A DNA stretch of 64,000 bases, from NCBI GenBank assembly GCA_963664705.1, contig OY761556.1, positions 1,536,001-1,600,000 on the forward strand, written 5' to 3'. Positions 40,101 to 48,886 of the stretch are shown here, one piece after another. Under the pieces are notes generated by a model, which had not been told where the DNA came from, ran no database searches, and was given only the letters and a program-made list of their open reading frames with translations. Each line of letters opens with the position of its first letter. The first letter of the stretch is position 1. Made by a program: the position numbers and the translations under genes. Source of the DNA: Acidobacteriota bacterium. Lineage in GTDB: Bacteria; Acidobacteriota; UBA6911.

Positions 40101-42667
40101 CATGCGACACTGCTGCCTACAATCAGATTGGTTCTATCCCGTACAACGCATCCGGGGACTTTGCCTCCTTCAATTTTGGCGAACTGCAGAGTGCCGGCAT
40201 AGCGGGACAGGTCTACCTCGATCTGAATAACAATGGTACGAAAGATGCCAATGAGCCGGGGCTCTCCGGAGTCAGCATCACCGTTGGGGGAACAGATGAT
40301 CGCAGTGCCGCGGTAAACAGCTCCGTTAATACGGATGCAGATGGAAAGTATCGGATCGACGGTCTCAGGCCCTCCTCGACTGCCGGATATACGATCACCG
40401 AGACGCAGCCGGCAGGATATGGGGATCTCAACGGTGCGGCCGGTGTCACTGTCGGTTCAATCAGCACAATGAATGTCGGAACTGCGGCGCTGAACAGCGT
40501 CAGCGCCATCATCCTTCATGCCGGGGAAAGCGGCATTGGCTACAACTTTGGCGACATAGCCGGAGGACTCACGGGATCCGTTTACATCGACGCCAACGAT
40601 AACGGAACAAGGGATGGGGGTGAGTCAGGAATCGCGGGCGTCATGATCAACTTGACCGGAACCGATGCTTCGGGAAAAGCCGTCAGCCTCAGCGCCATGA
40701 CCGCGGCAGACGGCAGTTTCGGTTTCAGTATTTTGCTGGGCGGGACCTACACCCTGACCGAAACGCATCCTTTGATCTTTCGGGATGGCAGGGAGACGGC
40801 AGGCACGGCAGGCGGAACTGTCGATAATGGCAGTTTCGGCTTCGAGGCTGCTCAAAACCGGATTTCCGGCATGACACTGGCTCCGGGAGTTTCGGCGAGC
40901 GGCTATCTGTTTGGAGAGCGTCCCGGGGTGCCGGCAAGCATCTCCGGCACAGTCTGGTATAACAGTATCGCATTAGACCACACGCAACAGCCGGGAGAGC
41001 ACGGCCTTGCTGGCTGGATTATTGAAGCGGTTCAGAACGGCATCGTTCGCGGGAAGGCAATCTCGGCAGACGATGGCACATTCCAAATTCTTGACCTTCC
41101 TGCCGGCTCAGGTTATGAGCTGCGCTACAAGCATCCACTGAACGGGGCGCTTTACGGAAATCCCGTTTCCCAGGATCCGAACTATCACGATTCGGTGATT
41201 GACCTCAGCGCGCATACGATCGCCAATCTGACCTTGCGGTCGGGCGCAAATATCGTCAAACAGGATTTGCCGCTGGATCCTTCGGGCGTGGTTTATAACT
41301 CCCGAACCCGCAATCCGCTGGCAGGCGCAACGGTTTCGATAAACGGACCGGCCGGGTTCAATGCATCCACGCACTTGCTCGGCGGCATCGCGAATCAGAG
41401 CCAGGTAACCGATGCCTCGGGCTTTTACCAGTTCATGCTTCTTCCGACCGCGCCGTCCGGAACTTACTCGTTGACGCTCACCGCGCCTACGGATTATGTG
41501 CCGGGGATATCTTCCCTGATTCCCCCGACCGCGGGTCCGTTCGATCCAGGGCCCGGCCCCGGCAGCGTTGCGATTCAGACGCAGCCGACCGCTCCGAATC
41601 TTCTCCAGTCAACCCGATATTATGTTTCCTTTACTCTCGGAAGCGGTTCCGCAGGTGTTGTTAACAATCATCTCCCTCTGGACCCGATGCTGGACGGAGC
41701 CATCACGATCCAGAAGACGACCCCTGTGGTCAATGTTCACAAGGGAGACCTCGTTCCGTACACGGTTACAGCCATCAATACACTCTCGGTCCAGTTGTCG
41801 AATATCGACTTGCATGATCGTATGCCTTCGGGGTTTAAATACCGCGACCAAAGCGCTCGGTTCGATAATGCTCAAGCCGCGCCGAACATCGGTGGCCGCG
41901 ATCTTGTATGGAAAAACCTGAGCTTTGCTCCCGGCGAGAAGAAAACCCTCAAGCTGATTCTCGTGGTGGGGACAGGCGTAGGTGAAGGAGAGTACACAAA
42001 TCAGGCCTGGGCCAGCAACAATACTGTGGATGTGGTGGTATCGAATATTGCGGCGGCTACCGTTCGCACAGTGCCTGACCACACCTTTGATTGCACCGAT
42101 GTAATCGGCAAAGTCTTCGACGACAGAAATGCCAATGGCTATCAGGATGACGGCGAACCGGGTTTACCTAACATCCGGATCGCTTCGGCCCGCGGACTCA
42201 TCGTGACCACCGACAGCGAAGGCCGATTCCATGTTCCATGCGCGGCCATACCCGATCCTGACCGGGGATCGAATTTCATCATGAAGCTCGATGAGAGGAC
42301 CCTTCCGGCCGGCTACAGAATAACCACCGAGAATCCGCGGGATGTAAGGGCTACGCGCGGCAAGATGGTGAAACTCAATTTTGGCGCCACGCTCTACCGG
42401 GTGGTCCGCATCGATATGACGGATGCGGCATTCGAGCGAGAGAAGGCGGCGTTGCTCCCCCCGTGGCAAAAGAAGGTGACACAACTCGATGACGCGCTCA
42501 GGGAACATCCCTCGGTTTTGACGATCATCTATCGACGGAATCAGGAACCTTTGAAACTGGCTAAACAACGGACCGAATCCCTGCGCGACATGATGCGGGA
42601 TCGATGGAAGAAGGATAAGCACCGATGCAGGCTCATAATCGAAACAGAGATCGAGGAGGTGCGGTGA
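31184..42667 (+). CDS. Giant secreted DUF11 + SdrD B-like repeat surface protein (~3,830 aa)
   Basis: Signal peptide; about eight DUF11-type modules (DL.I.K..TNNGP..A); about 18-19 G.VY.D.NN.G..D.GE.G SdrD-B repeats; C-terminal FDCTDVIGKVFDD region. Confidence 0.9.
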   Translation: MSTYLLKAVRRVLLKTSAGVCLIFIMLATAVSGLAATSVDLSVSSYNWTPDPVIRGGSAVFSVVATNNDASFAASNLTLAVQLPANIDFSTVATTTPSGCAFNLTANPQTLTCTKATLAALATWSLSFTGVGSSAGTQNTVATVSAADNSDSNSGNDSLTKPTTVIKGGDLTIQKSGPASATAGSTISFTIRVTNNGPDPGTTFRVTDNLPAAIDFTYQSASGTGWGCSHSGTTVTCDYSGAEVTSGNHAPDITLTGRVITSGGSITNGASVITTDGSTGDPVSGNNGPSQAVVSVTAGTDLRANKSMVSNLTGMTTFATGEAVTLTLSATNLGPQNATGVTITDSVTADFSIGILPGGCSSIGQAITCTVGALNNGVTSSGFVIPLTVVGAAGNSGTNSAGVTRTAPVGGLNTAATVGYTISAPFAHLTIAKSKAPNPVAAGANITNTITITNSNSSTSAATGTIRTTDVLDANEKFVSFSGSGWGCSGLLAGETGTITCDYSGANLARGASLPALTIITQTDTGYLGPISNTACTGQSAGSPHTPADNSSTGNCQSRTVTATPRYVDLSVAKSASTAHLLITDNTFNYTLTIANAGPDMAPTVRVNDVLNAWYSGLAGSASGSAEIGGAVGGESCSFGSTVSCTLLDIAGGTSRTITITLNRPMKDGTIANTATVSTPDAIDTVPGNNSGSVSLTIDPLANVGVTSIAAAPDPIKVGVQLTYTTSIKNNGPSTAAGVVLRHLIDPAKVTYSTGSASLTIGGSCSYISSFVGAPYAGQSGIECSGFSLSNGESRQLTFKVIPVYPYPGGVPNTYSSTAYITTTTPETDSPGYANNENSNSTGVIIDALDLAVTDNDPSYDPTAFGDAIIYQIKVQNNGPSQATAFTLTVTPVPPPQGGALDPYAMTYNATGSSLPVGATCSPVGSDIVCYLGAGPSSSYLALNSSQTFSLKFDTGPLTNIPSGSLTYKTIATVSSNETLAGDDSLPGNNSVTETTTVLPKTDLMVVSKAVSKATVDINEPFTYTVTVGNKGPSDAAGMKVTDILPAGIVLTGAVTVTPGASVSLTSNTCTTPGVGNNGTIDCTIGPIPTDASGVDGTKQITIGIPVRAAYQSSGTYSFAFNTNITNTATAAVLTGVSLDPDNSNNSRSVTVQVRKNSIGGTVYADNNKNDIIDAGEGINSVTLTLTGTDSYGNTYLSSGGTYPAITTTTAGSGNTGIFTLDKLPPGTWAIAESQPANYYDAFETAGTAGGTVPPATCDGTNNCGSAALLNTISGISLPADTATATTGYIFQEYQRASLTGYVYHDANNDGDKAAGETTGVNTQSITLSGTAYNNVNVCTIITCTINTNASGLYNFSTLPPSDGTGYTVTQNNQPAGYLPGKSQNGAGVGNVVPGSAGVSAPKSITGIVLTPSQSATNRNFGELRPATISGFVFIDADADAVRDAGETSGMTGLTVALTGTDDLGNPVGPTNATTGANGSYSFTNNRPGTYAVTETPPSGVVHIGAQAGSKGGDIAGSTRASGVGVVGAGNLSITNIPIVSNDTAANYNFGESGQGLSGYVYIDSNANGIMDAGEPGILGVQITLSGNTDIGTSVCVAINPNPCTISTNASGYFLYSGLPASDVSGYTLTEQLQTVSPLTNYSDGSDNIGTVGGTSRGSAAVKNRFSGITLAVAENGINYNFGELAARISGTVYYDADNDGAKGGGEAGLSGITVTITGTSVTSSAVNKSAVTDASGNFTLGDLLPANGSGYTLTVTQPANYADGKKSAGTSGGTANAAGTRTITAIALGAGANATGYFFGETLGSLSGTIYYDANNDGAKLGATEVGIGGVTITLSGTAASGVNVCTLATCTAVTNAGGSFSFAELPAANGSGYTLTVTQPANYADGKKTAGTSGGTANAAGTRTITAIALAAGANGTGYLFGETLGSLSGTVYYDANNDGAKLGAAETGISGVSIALTGIDLASGAAVSQTAVTDINGDYSFSDIPASGAGGYTLTVTQPTNYADGKKAIGTSGGTAGSPGVRTITGINFAAGTNATGYLFGETLGSLTGTVYYDSNDDGFKLGASETGIPGVTVTLSGNLATGTPVSVSSVTDGSGNYSFSNIGASSAGGYTLTVTQPVIYADGKKVVGTSGGTAGAPGIRTISDILFASGTNATGYLFGERLGRLSGTVYTDRNNDGVHDADEPGISGVTLTLSGTDAAGAAVNRSMVSATDGSFSFADVAASNGSGYTLTETQPVNYADGLETVGGLGGSAGAAGTSVISGIVFTAGASGNGYLFGDRLGGLIGIVYVDDNNNGVKDAGEAGIANVSIALTGTDASGAAVNRSVITASDGTYSFADVAASNGTGYTLSETQPVGYLDGIETAGTLGGSAGAAGSSVISGIVYPAASNATGYLFGERLGVLSGFVYYDANNNGAKEAGEEGIAGIAITLTGTDAASNPVNRTTTTGSDGGYTFSAMLSANSSGYTLTEIQPPGMLDGKETAGTLGGVVDNSSFTSLAAQNQISAIPFAAGNSGTNYLFGERLGSLAGIVYYDPNNNGLKDPGETGIAGATLTLTGTDATNVAINRTATTAADGSYTFVDLPASDASGYTVTENQPVIYSDGAVTVGTAGGSIGINKISAIHFAVGMTATGYLFGERLGSLSGTVYTDKNGDGVRDAGEPGISGITITLSGTDAAGSALSRTTLTVDDGSYSFKELPVANSSGYTLTETQPINYLDGRETAGTLGGTVDNASFTALAIQNRISAIPFAPGDSGSGYLFGERLGSLSGIVFYDANNNGAKEAGEDGLAGVGVSLTGTNIGGSALNLTTVTAADGSYSFVDIPASNASGYTLTETQPPAYTDGQAIPGSAGGAAGINAITAINFAAGINAAGYLFAERLGALTGSVYLDINNNNIIDTGETGIAGVTITLSGIDAAGIPVNRTSITAGDGKYGFSGLPNANGAGYRLVETQPATYLDGKVSRGLINGVECNACDTAAYNQIGSIPYNASGDFASFNFGELQSAGIAGQVYLDLNNNGTKDANEPGLSGVSITVGGTDDRSAAVNSSVNTDADGKYRIDGLRPSSTAGYTITETQPAGYGDLNGAAGVTVGSISTMNVGTAALNSVSAIILHAGESGIGYNFGDIAGGLTGSVYIDANDNGTRDGGESGIAGVMINLTGTDASGKAVSLSAMTAADGSFGFSILLGGTYTLTETHPLIFRDGRETAGTAGGTVDNGSFGFEAAQNRISGMTLAPGVSASGYLFGERPGVPASISGTVWYNSIALDHTQQPGEHGLAGWIIEAVQNGIVRGKAISADDGTFQILDLPAGSGYELRYKHPLNGALYGNPVSQDPNYHDSVIDLSAHTIANLTLRSGANIVKQDLPLDPSGVVYNSRTRNPLAGATVSINGPAGFNASTHLLGGIANQSQVTDASGFYQFMLLPTAPSGTYSLTLTAPTDYVPGISSLIPPTAGPFDPGPGPGSVAIQTQPTAPNLLQSTRYYVSFTLGSGSAGVVNNHLPLDPMLDGAITIQKTTPVVNVHKGDLVPYTVTAINTLSVQLSNIDLHDRMPSGFKYRDQSARFDNAQAAPNIGGRDLVWKNLSFAPGEKKTLKLILVVGTGVGEGEYTNQAWASNNTVDVVVSNIAAATVRTVPDHTFDCTDVIGKVFDDRNANGYQDDGEPGLPNIRIASARGLIVTTDSEGRFHVPCAAIPDPDRGSNFIMKLDERTLPAGYRITTENPRDVRATRGKMVKLNFGATLYRVVRIDMTDAAFEREKAALLPPWQKKVTQLDDALREHPSVLTIIYRRNQEPLKLAKQRTESLRDMMRDRWKKDKHRCRLIIETEIEEVR

Positions 42668-45600
42668 TGACTCCGAACTCTCCTAGAGGAATAATCTGTT
42701 TTGCTCTCGCCCTAATGTTCATCCAGGCCGGCCTGATTTTTGCCGGAGATGATCCGTGTCGTGCAGGTGGAAGACCAGATGCGGAAACACCATTCACGAT
42801 TACGGTGGATGGCAGCCCGATGGTTGACGACAGCAAAACCGGCACAGCGGAAGAAAGAGGATGCGTTGATCCGGCGCTGGCGAAGGCCGATATCCAGATC
42901 CACTATGATTCGCTCCAGTTGTCTCCGGCGCTGAATGCCTGGAGTACTGTAAAGGGCGCAGCACGCGAAAACGAGGTCCGGTTCTTCACCTATACCAATT
43001 ATGCTTTGCTCTTGCGCAAGGCAGAGATTCGCATCTTTCGGAAAGGACAAGACACGGCGCAAACGCCTTACGCCGTGATGCCGGTGAGTATCGGAGGTGC
43101 AAGTTCCTGGCAGTGGCCTGCCGAGGCGCCCGACGATCTGTTCTTTGTTTTGCGCGTTTATGACGAAAAGGACCGATTTGATGAGACGGCGGCAAAACCG
43201 GTGGTGCAGCCGACACAGAATAAGTCCCAGAAAGAAAGTGCAGACAAGGAACCGGATGAGCTGGCAGGCTTTGGCGAGAACAGCAGAAAGCTTGCAAACA
43301 TTCCTGTGCACGGTGGCACCATCACGATCAATGGCTCGAAAATGACAGCAGGCCAGACGGTGTCTGCACTCGGCTTTCCTGTGCCAGTGGATAGGGAAGG
43401 GAAGTTCGCCTTCAGGCAGATTCTCCTTTCCGGCCCCCATGTAGTGGAAGTTTCGGTAAAGGATAAAAACGGGCGGGAGACGGTTTTCCGCCGCAGTGTC
43501 TCGATCGCTGACAATGACTGGTTCTATGTGGCTCTTGCAGATATCACACTGGGTCGCAACTCTGCAGTAAAACCATCGGAACTCGTGGCTGACGGTACAG
43601 AATCCTACAACAAGCGCGAGTATATAGAAGGACGCGGGGCCTTCTACCTGAAGGGCCTGGTAAAGGGTGAGTACCTGCTGACTGCAAGCGCCGATACCAG
43701 AGAGCGGAGGCTGGCGGACCTTTTCAGCAACTTCGATTCCAAAGATCCCCAGTATCTTCTGCGCAGGATTGATCCCGACAAATTCTATCCGGTATATGGT
43801 GACGACAGCACCATCGTTGATGACGCCCCGACGCAGGGCAAATTTTACGTGCGGCTGGAGAGAGGCGATTCGCGTGTGATGTGGGGGAATTTCCAGACCT
43901 CATGGACCGGCACCGAGTTGACCCAATACAGCAGGGGACTTTACGGGGCGAATCTCGTGTGGACTTCCGGCAGCACCACGCAGTACGGGGAGAAAAGAGC
44001 AACGGTCAACGGTTTTGCGGCTGAACCGGGGACTCTGTCCTCTCGTGAAGAATTCCGGGGCACCGGTGGGTCACTCTACTATCTGCATAATCTTGACATC
44101 ACCCAGGGATCGGAACGCCTGTGGATAGAGATCCGAGATAAGGATTCCGAGATTGCGGTAGAACGCCGGCAGCTTACGCCAGTGGAAGATTACGATATAG
44201 ACTATATACAAGGTAGAATCATGCTTCGCGCTCCCCTCTCGTCAACCGCAGACGGCAGCACGCTTGTCCGTACTGCTTCCATTGATGGAGATCCGGCCTA
44301 TCTGATCGTTACCTATGAGTATGTTCCGGGCTTGAATAAATTATCCGGCCTGGCAACGGGGGGGCAGGCAGGAGTCTGGGTCAGCGACCATCTCCATTTT
44401 GGAGCATCGGTATACAGTCAAGGAGACGACCAGGTCAAACAGAAACTGGGCGGTGCCGACATCATCGCTCGCTATAAGCCCGGTACCTTTGTTAAGGCGG
44501 AAATTGCCAGATCCGAAGGCTCCGGTAATGGAATGCTCTCATCCATCAGTGGAGGATTCGATTTTAATCAGAGCCTGACTTCCGGAGATCGTGCATCGGC
44601 ATGGTACCTGGTCGGTGCGGTGGATTTTGGCGAACTGTGGAAAGGCTCCAATGGAAGGGCAACAGCCTATTGGAAAGAGAGGGAACGGGGGTTCTCTGCC
44701 CCCGGACAAATCGCCGATACCGGGGAAGCCGTTTCCCAGATGGGCATGACAGCGCAGACGCCGTTCGGCAAGTCCATGCTGATCGGGCTTAAGGCTGATC
44801 GCTTCGATGCGGATAGCCAGACGAGAACTTCAGCGGAAACAAGTGTGAAGAAAAACCTGACGTCAGAGTTCGCGGCCAGCATTGGTGTCCGCTATGACGA
44901 TCGCAACGTTAGGATGGCCAATGCTAGTCGGAATCTGTCGCGCAGCGGCAGCCGAACGGACGCCATCGCCCGGATCGACTATACGCCTGTTGTTCGGGGA
45001 GCGAAGGCAGCGGGCGGGTCGGATGCGAAACCGAGTCACAAATCCTGGGGATTGTATGGGTTCCTTCAAGGGACTGTTGCTCGCACTGAGGACAGAAATC
45101 GCTACGATCGAGCAGGACTGGGCGCTACGTGGCAAGCCAGCAGATATTTCAAACTCGGAATTGAGGCCTCGGATGGCTATGGAGGACTGGGCGGCAAAGT
45201 TTCAGGAGATTATGCCATCAACCAACGCAGCAGCGTCTATCTGTCGTACCAAATGGAATCGGAGTTGCCCGATGCGGAGAACCGAGGCGAAATGGGGACC
45301 GGCGTTTTCGGAAGCAAGTACAAATTCTCAGAGCGCCTGGGTGTATTTGGCGAGACCCGCATAGCCAACGGTTATACGTCGAGCCTTATGCACTCGTTCG
45401 GTCTCGATCTGGCGTCCAGGAAGCGGTGGACATATGGGCTGAAATATGAAACCGGAACCTTGAGCGACCAGAATGCAGGCGATATAAAACGGCACGCAGT
45501 CGGATTGAGCACTACCTATAAGTTCGAGAAGACAAAGTATGCAGGTGCCGTGGAATACCGGAACGATTCCGGCACCGAAGACCGCACTGCCTGGCTGGTC

Positions 45601-46224
45601 CGCAATTCGTTTGCCTATCAGGCGAATCCCTCGTGGAGACTGCTTGGTAAATTCAACCTGTCTTCGAGCGATTCGAGCGCCGGGTCCTTCTATTCCGGGG
45701 ATTTTGTGGAAGGAGTATTCGGAGCTGCTTATCGGCCGGTCAACGGCGATAAATGGAATAGTCTTTTCAAGTACACCTACTACTATAACCTGCCTTCGGC
45801 AGGGCAAAAAACCGCAACGAATCCGGTTGCGGATTACATTCAGAAAAGCCACGTTATTTCCTTCGATGCTATCTACGACCTGGCGCATTGGCTTTCATTG
45901 GGAGGGAAGTACGGGTTGAGATTGGGCGACTTGCAGCAGTCGAGGGTTGACGGGGGCGACTGGTTCTCAAGCCGGGCGCAAATCTACATAGTGCGTGCCG
46001 ATTTTCACGTAATCCGAAATTGGGATGCCACCATTGAGGGCCGGCGCCTTTATGCGAAGGAGGCCGGGGATGCCCGGTCCGGCGCGCTTGCCGCGATCTA
46101 TCGGCACATAGGCGAAAACGTGAAGGTTGGTATCGGGTATAACTTCACCAACTTCTCGGACGATCTGACGGATCTTTCGTACAGAAGTCACGGAGTGTTT
46201 CTGAATGTTATTGGCGGCTTCTAG
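42667..46224 (+). CDS. Large putative outer-membrane beta-barrel partner protein
   Basis: TGATG overlap with the giant gene; signal peptide; amphipathic beta-strands; ends GYNFTNFSDDL...GVFLNVIGGF with terminal Phe. Confidence 0.8.
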   Translation: MTPNSPRGIICFALALMFIQAGLIFAGDDPCRAGGRPDAETPFTITVDGSPMVDDSKTGTAEERGCVDPALAKADIQIHYDSLQLSPALNAWSTVKGAARENEVRFFTYTNYALLLRKAEIRIFRKGQDTAQTPYAVMPVSIGGASSWQWPAEAPDDLFFVLRVYDEKDRFDETAAKPVVQPTQNKSQKESADKEPDELAGFGENSRKLANIPVHGGTITINGSKMTAGQTVSALGFPVPVDREGKFAFRQILLSGPHVVEVSVKDKNGRETVFRRSVSIADNDWFYVALADITLGRNSAVKPSELVADGTESYNKREYIEGRGAFYLKGLVKGEYLLTASADTRERRLADLFSNFDSKDPQYLLRRIDPDKFYPVYGDDSTIVDDAPTQGKFYVRLERGDSRVMWGNFQTSWTGTELTQYSRGLYGANLVWTSGSTTQYGEKRATVNGFAAEPGTLSSREEFRGTGGSLYYLHNLDITQGSERLWIEIRDKDSEIAVERRQLTPVEDYDIDYIQGRIMLRAPLSSTADGSTLVRTASIDGDPAYLIVTYEYVPGLNKLSGLATGGQAGVWVSDHLHFGASVYSQGDDQVKQKLGGADIIARYKPGTFVKAEIARSEGSGNGMLSSISGGFDFNQSLTSGDRASAWYLVGAVDFGELWKGSNGRATAYWKERERGFSAPGQIADTGEAVSQMGMTAQTPFGKSMLIGLKADRFDADSQTRTSAETSVKKNLTSEFAASIGVRYDDRNVRMANASRNLSRSGSRTDAIARIDYTPVVRGAKAAGGSDAKPSHKSWGLYGFLQGTVARTEDRNRYDRAGLGATWQASRYFKLGIEASDGYGGLGGKVSGDYAINQRSSVYLSYQMESELPDAENRGEMGTGVFGSKYKFSERLGVFGETRIANGYTSSLMHSFGLDLASRKRWTYGLKYETGTLSDQNAGDIKRHAVGLSTTYKFEKTKYAGAVEYRNDSGTEDRTAWLVRNSFAYQANPSWRLLGKFNLSSSDSSAGSFYSGDFVEGVFGAAYRPVNGDKWNSLFKYTYYYNLPSAGQKTATNPVADYIQKSHVISFDAIYDLAHWLSLGGKYGLRLGDLQQSRVDGGDWFSSRAQIYIVRADFHVIRNWDATIEGRRLYAKEAGDARSGALAAIYRHIGENVKVGIGYNFTNFSDDLTDLSYRSHGVFLNVIGGF

Positions 46225-46549
46225 TACTCCCGTGTCACGGATGCTGAAACGAACTCCAGATAAGGCATTGTGTATGATCGTGATTTAACAACCAAATGCA
46301 CTCAAACCCGCTGTTTATGCGAATCAGCCCTTGTTAGGACACGCCAGTGAACTGTAACGAGGATTCGCGTGCAGCTATAGCGCAATTGCGGCCGTAATCA
46401 GTTTGTTCATTCCCAAGCTGACTGGAAACAACATAAGTATTGAAATTGAGCGGCCAGGGTAAATTACTACCCGCTTGTTGGCGTATGCTTCTGATACTAT
46501 GTTCCACGCAGGCTATTATCAATTTTTCAAGCATGAGGAGTTGGAATGT

Positions 46550-47017
46550 ATGCCTATACCAATTCATTATCATTTTCAGCAGCTATTTAGGGTATCTGCC
46601 CGTGAGGCATACGCCTGGTGCACAAACTTTGCACCCAACGATCATGCCCTTATGGCCGAAGAGAATGCCCGTCGAAAGGTAGAAAACTTGACCGGGCGAA
46701 CGGTCATTTTGACCGACGCGTTTTTTGTTGGTACGGCAGGCCAGGTTGAAAAACGGAAGCTGGTGCAGCTATATCCTGAAATGCTGTTTTGGACGTGCAC
46801 GCACCTGAGCGGGCCAGCTGTACATTCGCAATTTATCTATCAGATCACCGCACAAGGTGAAAAGGAGTCGCGCCTGGATTTCACCGGTATATTCCTTGAC
46901 CATACGCATGAAGCTCTGAGCGAATCGGATATCAGCAATCTGACTGAAAAAGAGTGCAAGAATGACCAGGCTGCCTGGGAACTTCTGGCAAAGGCGATGG
47001 AGCGGGAACTCTGCTAA
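46550..47017 (+). CDS. Hypothetical protein (possible SRPBCC-like fold)
   Basis: GAGGAG RBS; F.VSAREAYAWCTNF start resembles SRPBCC N-termini. Confidence 0.6.
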   Translation: MPIPIHYHFQQLFRVSAREAYAWCTNFAPNDHALMAEENARRKVENLTGRTVILTDAFFVGTAGQVEKRKLVQLYPEMLFWTCTHLSGPAVHSQFIYQITAQGEKESRLDFTGIFLDHTHEALSESDISNLTEKECKNDQAAWELLAKAMERELC

Positions 47018-47047
47018 CGTGGGAAATCAACCGGGCAAAGGAAACTT

Positions 47048-47365
47048 ATGAGTGAATTGAAGGGATTTCAGAAGTCATATTTAAGAGGCATAGCACATGA
47101 CCGCAAACCCATTGTCCAGATCGGGAAGGAAGGGATCGTGCCGGGCGTGATCCAGTCTGTCAACGATGGACTTCTGCGCCATGAAGTGATCAAAGTCAGG
47201 TTCATCAGCTTCAAGGAAAAGGAACAGAAGGAAGCGCTTGCCTCAGAACTTGCGGCTGCGACGGATTCCATAAGAATCGGGATGGTCGGCCATACGCTCA
47301 TCCTTTATAAACAGCAACCGGATCCCAAGAAGCGAAGAATCCATGTCCCGGCCAGTGCCACCTAG
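47048..47365 (+). CDS. yhbY: CRM-domain RNA-binding protein YhbY
   Basis: YLRGIAHDRKPIVQIGKEG..HEVIKV..VGHTLILY. Confidence 0.92.
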   Translation: MSELKGFQKSYLRGIAHDRKPIVQIGKEGIVPGVIQSVNDGLLRHEVIKVRFISFKEKEQKEALASELAAATDSIRIGMVGHTLILYKQQPDPKKRRIHVPASAT

Positions 47366-47452
47366 CTCTCGGTCACGCTCCCGGCGCCTGCGTAGGCACG
47401 AGACAATAGGGCCATTGCCACGAGTATGACGCATTGCAGCCGTTTCCCTGGT

Positions 47453-48355
47453 TTATTGTCGGGAACGATCTCCCTTTGAACCGATTGTCGATTTCAAGCC
47501 GGGCTTTTGGGCAACCGGGGGTGCTTTGCGGATGGCTCTCAGTCTTAGATATCCGACAGCGGCACGCAACCGCACGCTCTGACTCTGGTCTTTGAGCATA
47601 GTTGCGAGATCGTCCTGAAGGGAAGGATCGTTCCGCAGAGCAAGCGAATGAACCGCTGCGGACCTGACCGAAGCGTCTTTATCCGCCAGCGCTTCCCGCA
47701 AGGCTTTCAGTGTGGCAGGGTCCTTTTCTCTGCCGAGAAGCAGAGCCGCGGTAGCTCGGCCCGAAACTCCCGGGTCCGAGAGGATCTCCTGCATCGACGA
47801 AACGCCGTCCCCAAATCCCGGCAATGGAGCAAAGCCGATGCCTTTCTTAAATGCGAACATGAACAGGGCCCTTGGAGTGTGCAGCATCCGCAATGCATCC
47901 CGTTTTTGCTTGGTCAGATATCCCGACGCCACCTTGGATTCATTGGCAAGCACCGAAAGCAGGGCCTCTTTGCCGGCCGGATCACTCAGGAGAAACAAAG
48001 CCTTTGCGGCAGCAAAGCTCACCTCCGGCACGTCACTGTTAAGAGCCTTGTGCAACAGGAGCGTGGCACGCTTTCCCTTCAGGTCGTAAAGGCTGGCCAC
48101 CGTTGCCAGGCAGACCTCCACGTCCTTGTCATCCAGCAACTTCTCCAATTCGGAAAGAAAGGGCTCACGCTGGCCGCCCAAACTCAGGGCGACAGCGGCC
48201 AGCTTGCGGGTGTCAGGATTATTGTCCCGAAGGGCTTTCGTGATGAGGTCGCGCGCATGCGCTTCGATTCCGGCGGGATTTGTGCTCTCGAGATTCTGAC
48301 CCAGCACGGTGGTCCCAAGAAAAATGAAGGGCAATAGCAGATATATCCGAGCCAT
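47453..48355 (-). CDS. Secreted HEAT-repeat protein
   Basis: Signal peptide; repeated L.D.D..VR..AA..L motifs. Confidence 0.85.
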   Translation of the reverse strand: MARIYLLLPFIFLGTTVLGQNLESTNPAGIEAHARDLITKALRDNNPDTRKLAAVALSLGGQREPFLSELEKLLDDKDVEVCLATVASLYDLKGKRATLLLHKALNSDVPEVSFAAAKALFLLSDPAGKEALLSVLANESKVASGYLTKQKRDALRMLHTPRALFMFAFKKGIGFAPLPGFGDGVSSMQEILSDPGVSGRATAALLLGREKDPATLKALREALADKDASVRSAAVHSLALRNDPSLQDDLATMLKDQSQSVRLRAAVGYLRLRAIRKAPPVAQKPGLKSTIGSKGDRSRQ

Positions 48356-48431
48356 GATCTCTCCCGATTATAATGTTACCGCATCGTTATGCTTCGCATC
48401 GGGTGTTAACCTTTTCGCCGACTGGAGGAAT

Positions 48432-48764
48432 ATGAACAAGGAACCGTCGACACGTCAGAAACAGATAGTAAAAGATCTTGCGCCCAAGCTGTTTGATTTG
48501 ACCGAGAATGTTCTGTTTGGGGATGTATGGGAGCGGCCGGGGCTTTCAAAACGCGATCGCTGTCTTATAACTATCGGGGCATTGATTGCGTTGAATCGCA
48601 CGGAACAACTGCCCTTTTACCTCGAAAAGGCGCTTGAAAGCGGCGTTGCCAAAAATGAACTGATCGAAGTCATCACCCACCTCGCATTTTATTCGGGCTG
48701 GCCAACCGCGATGAATGCCACCACGCTTGCCAAGGAGATATTTTCTAAAGATGAAAAAGGATAA
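48432..48764 (+). CDS. Carboxymuconolactone decarboxylase family protein
   Basis: LFGDVWERPGLSKRDRCLIT..EVITHLAFYSGWP. Confidence 0.92.
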   Translation: MNKEPSTRQKQIVKDLAPKLFDLTENVLFGDVWERPGLSKRDRCLITIGALIALNRTEQLPFYLEKALESGVAKNELIEVITHLAFYSGWPTAMNATTLAKEIFSKDEKG

Positions 48765-48886
48765 AGAGTGCAGGTTGGGAAGCAACAATCTGTAGATTCT
48801 CCTTTTCTTTATAAACAATGGATATCGGCTGTAATGCTATACTGCTGCTCGTTCCACGCAAAACCAACCTTGATGAGGATAACCGT

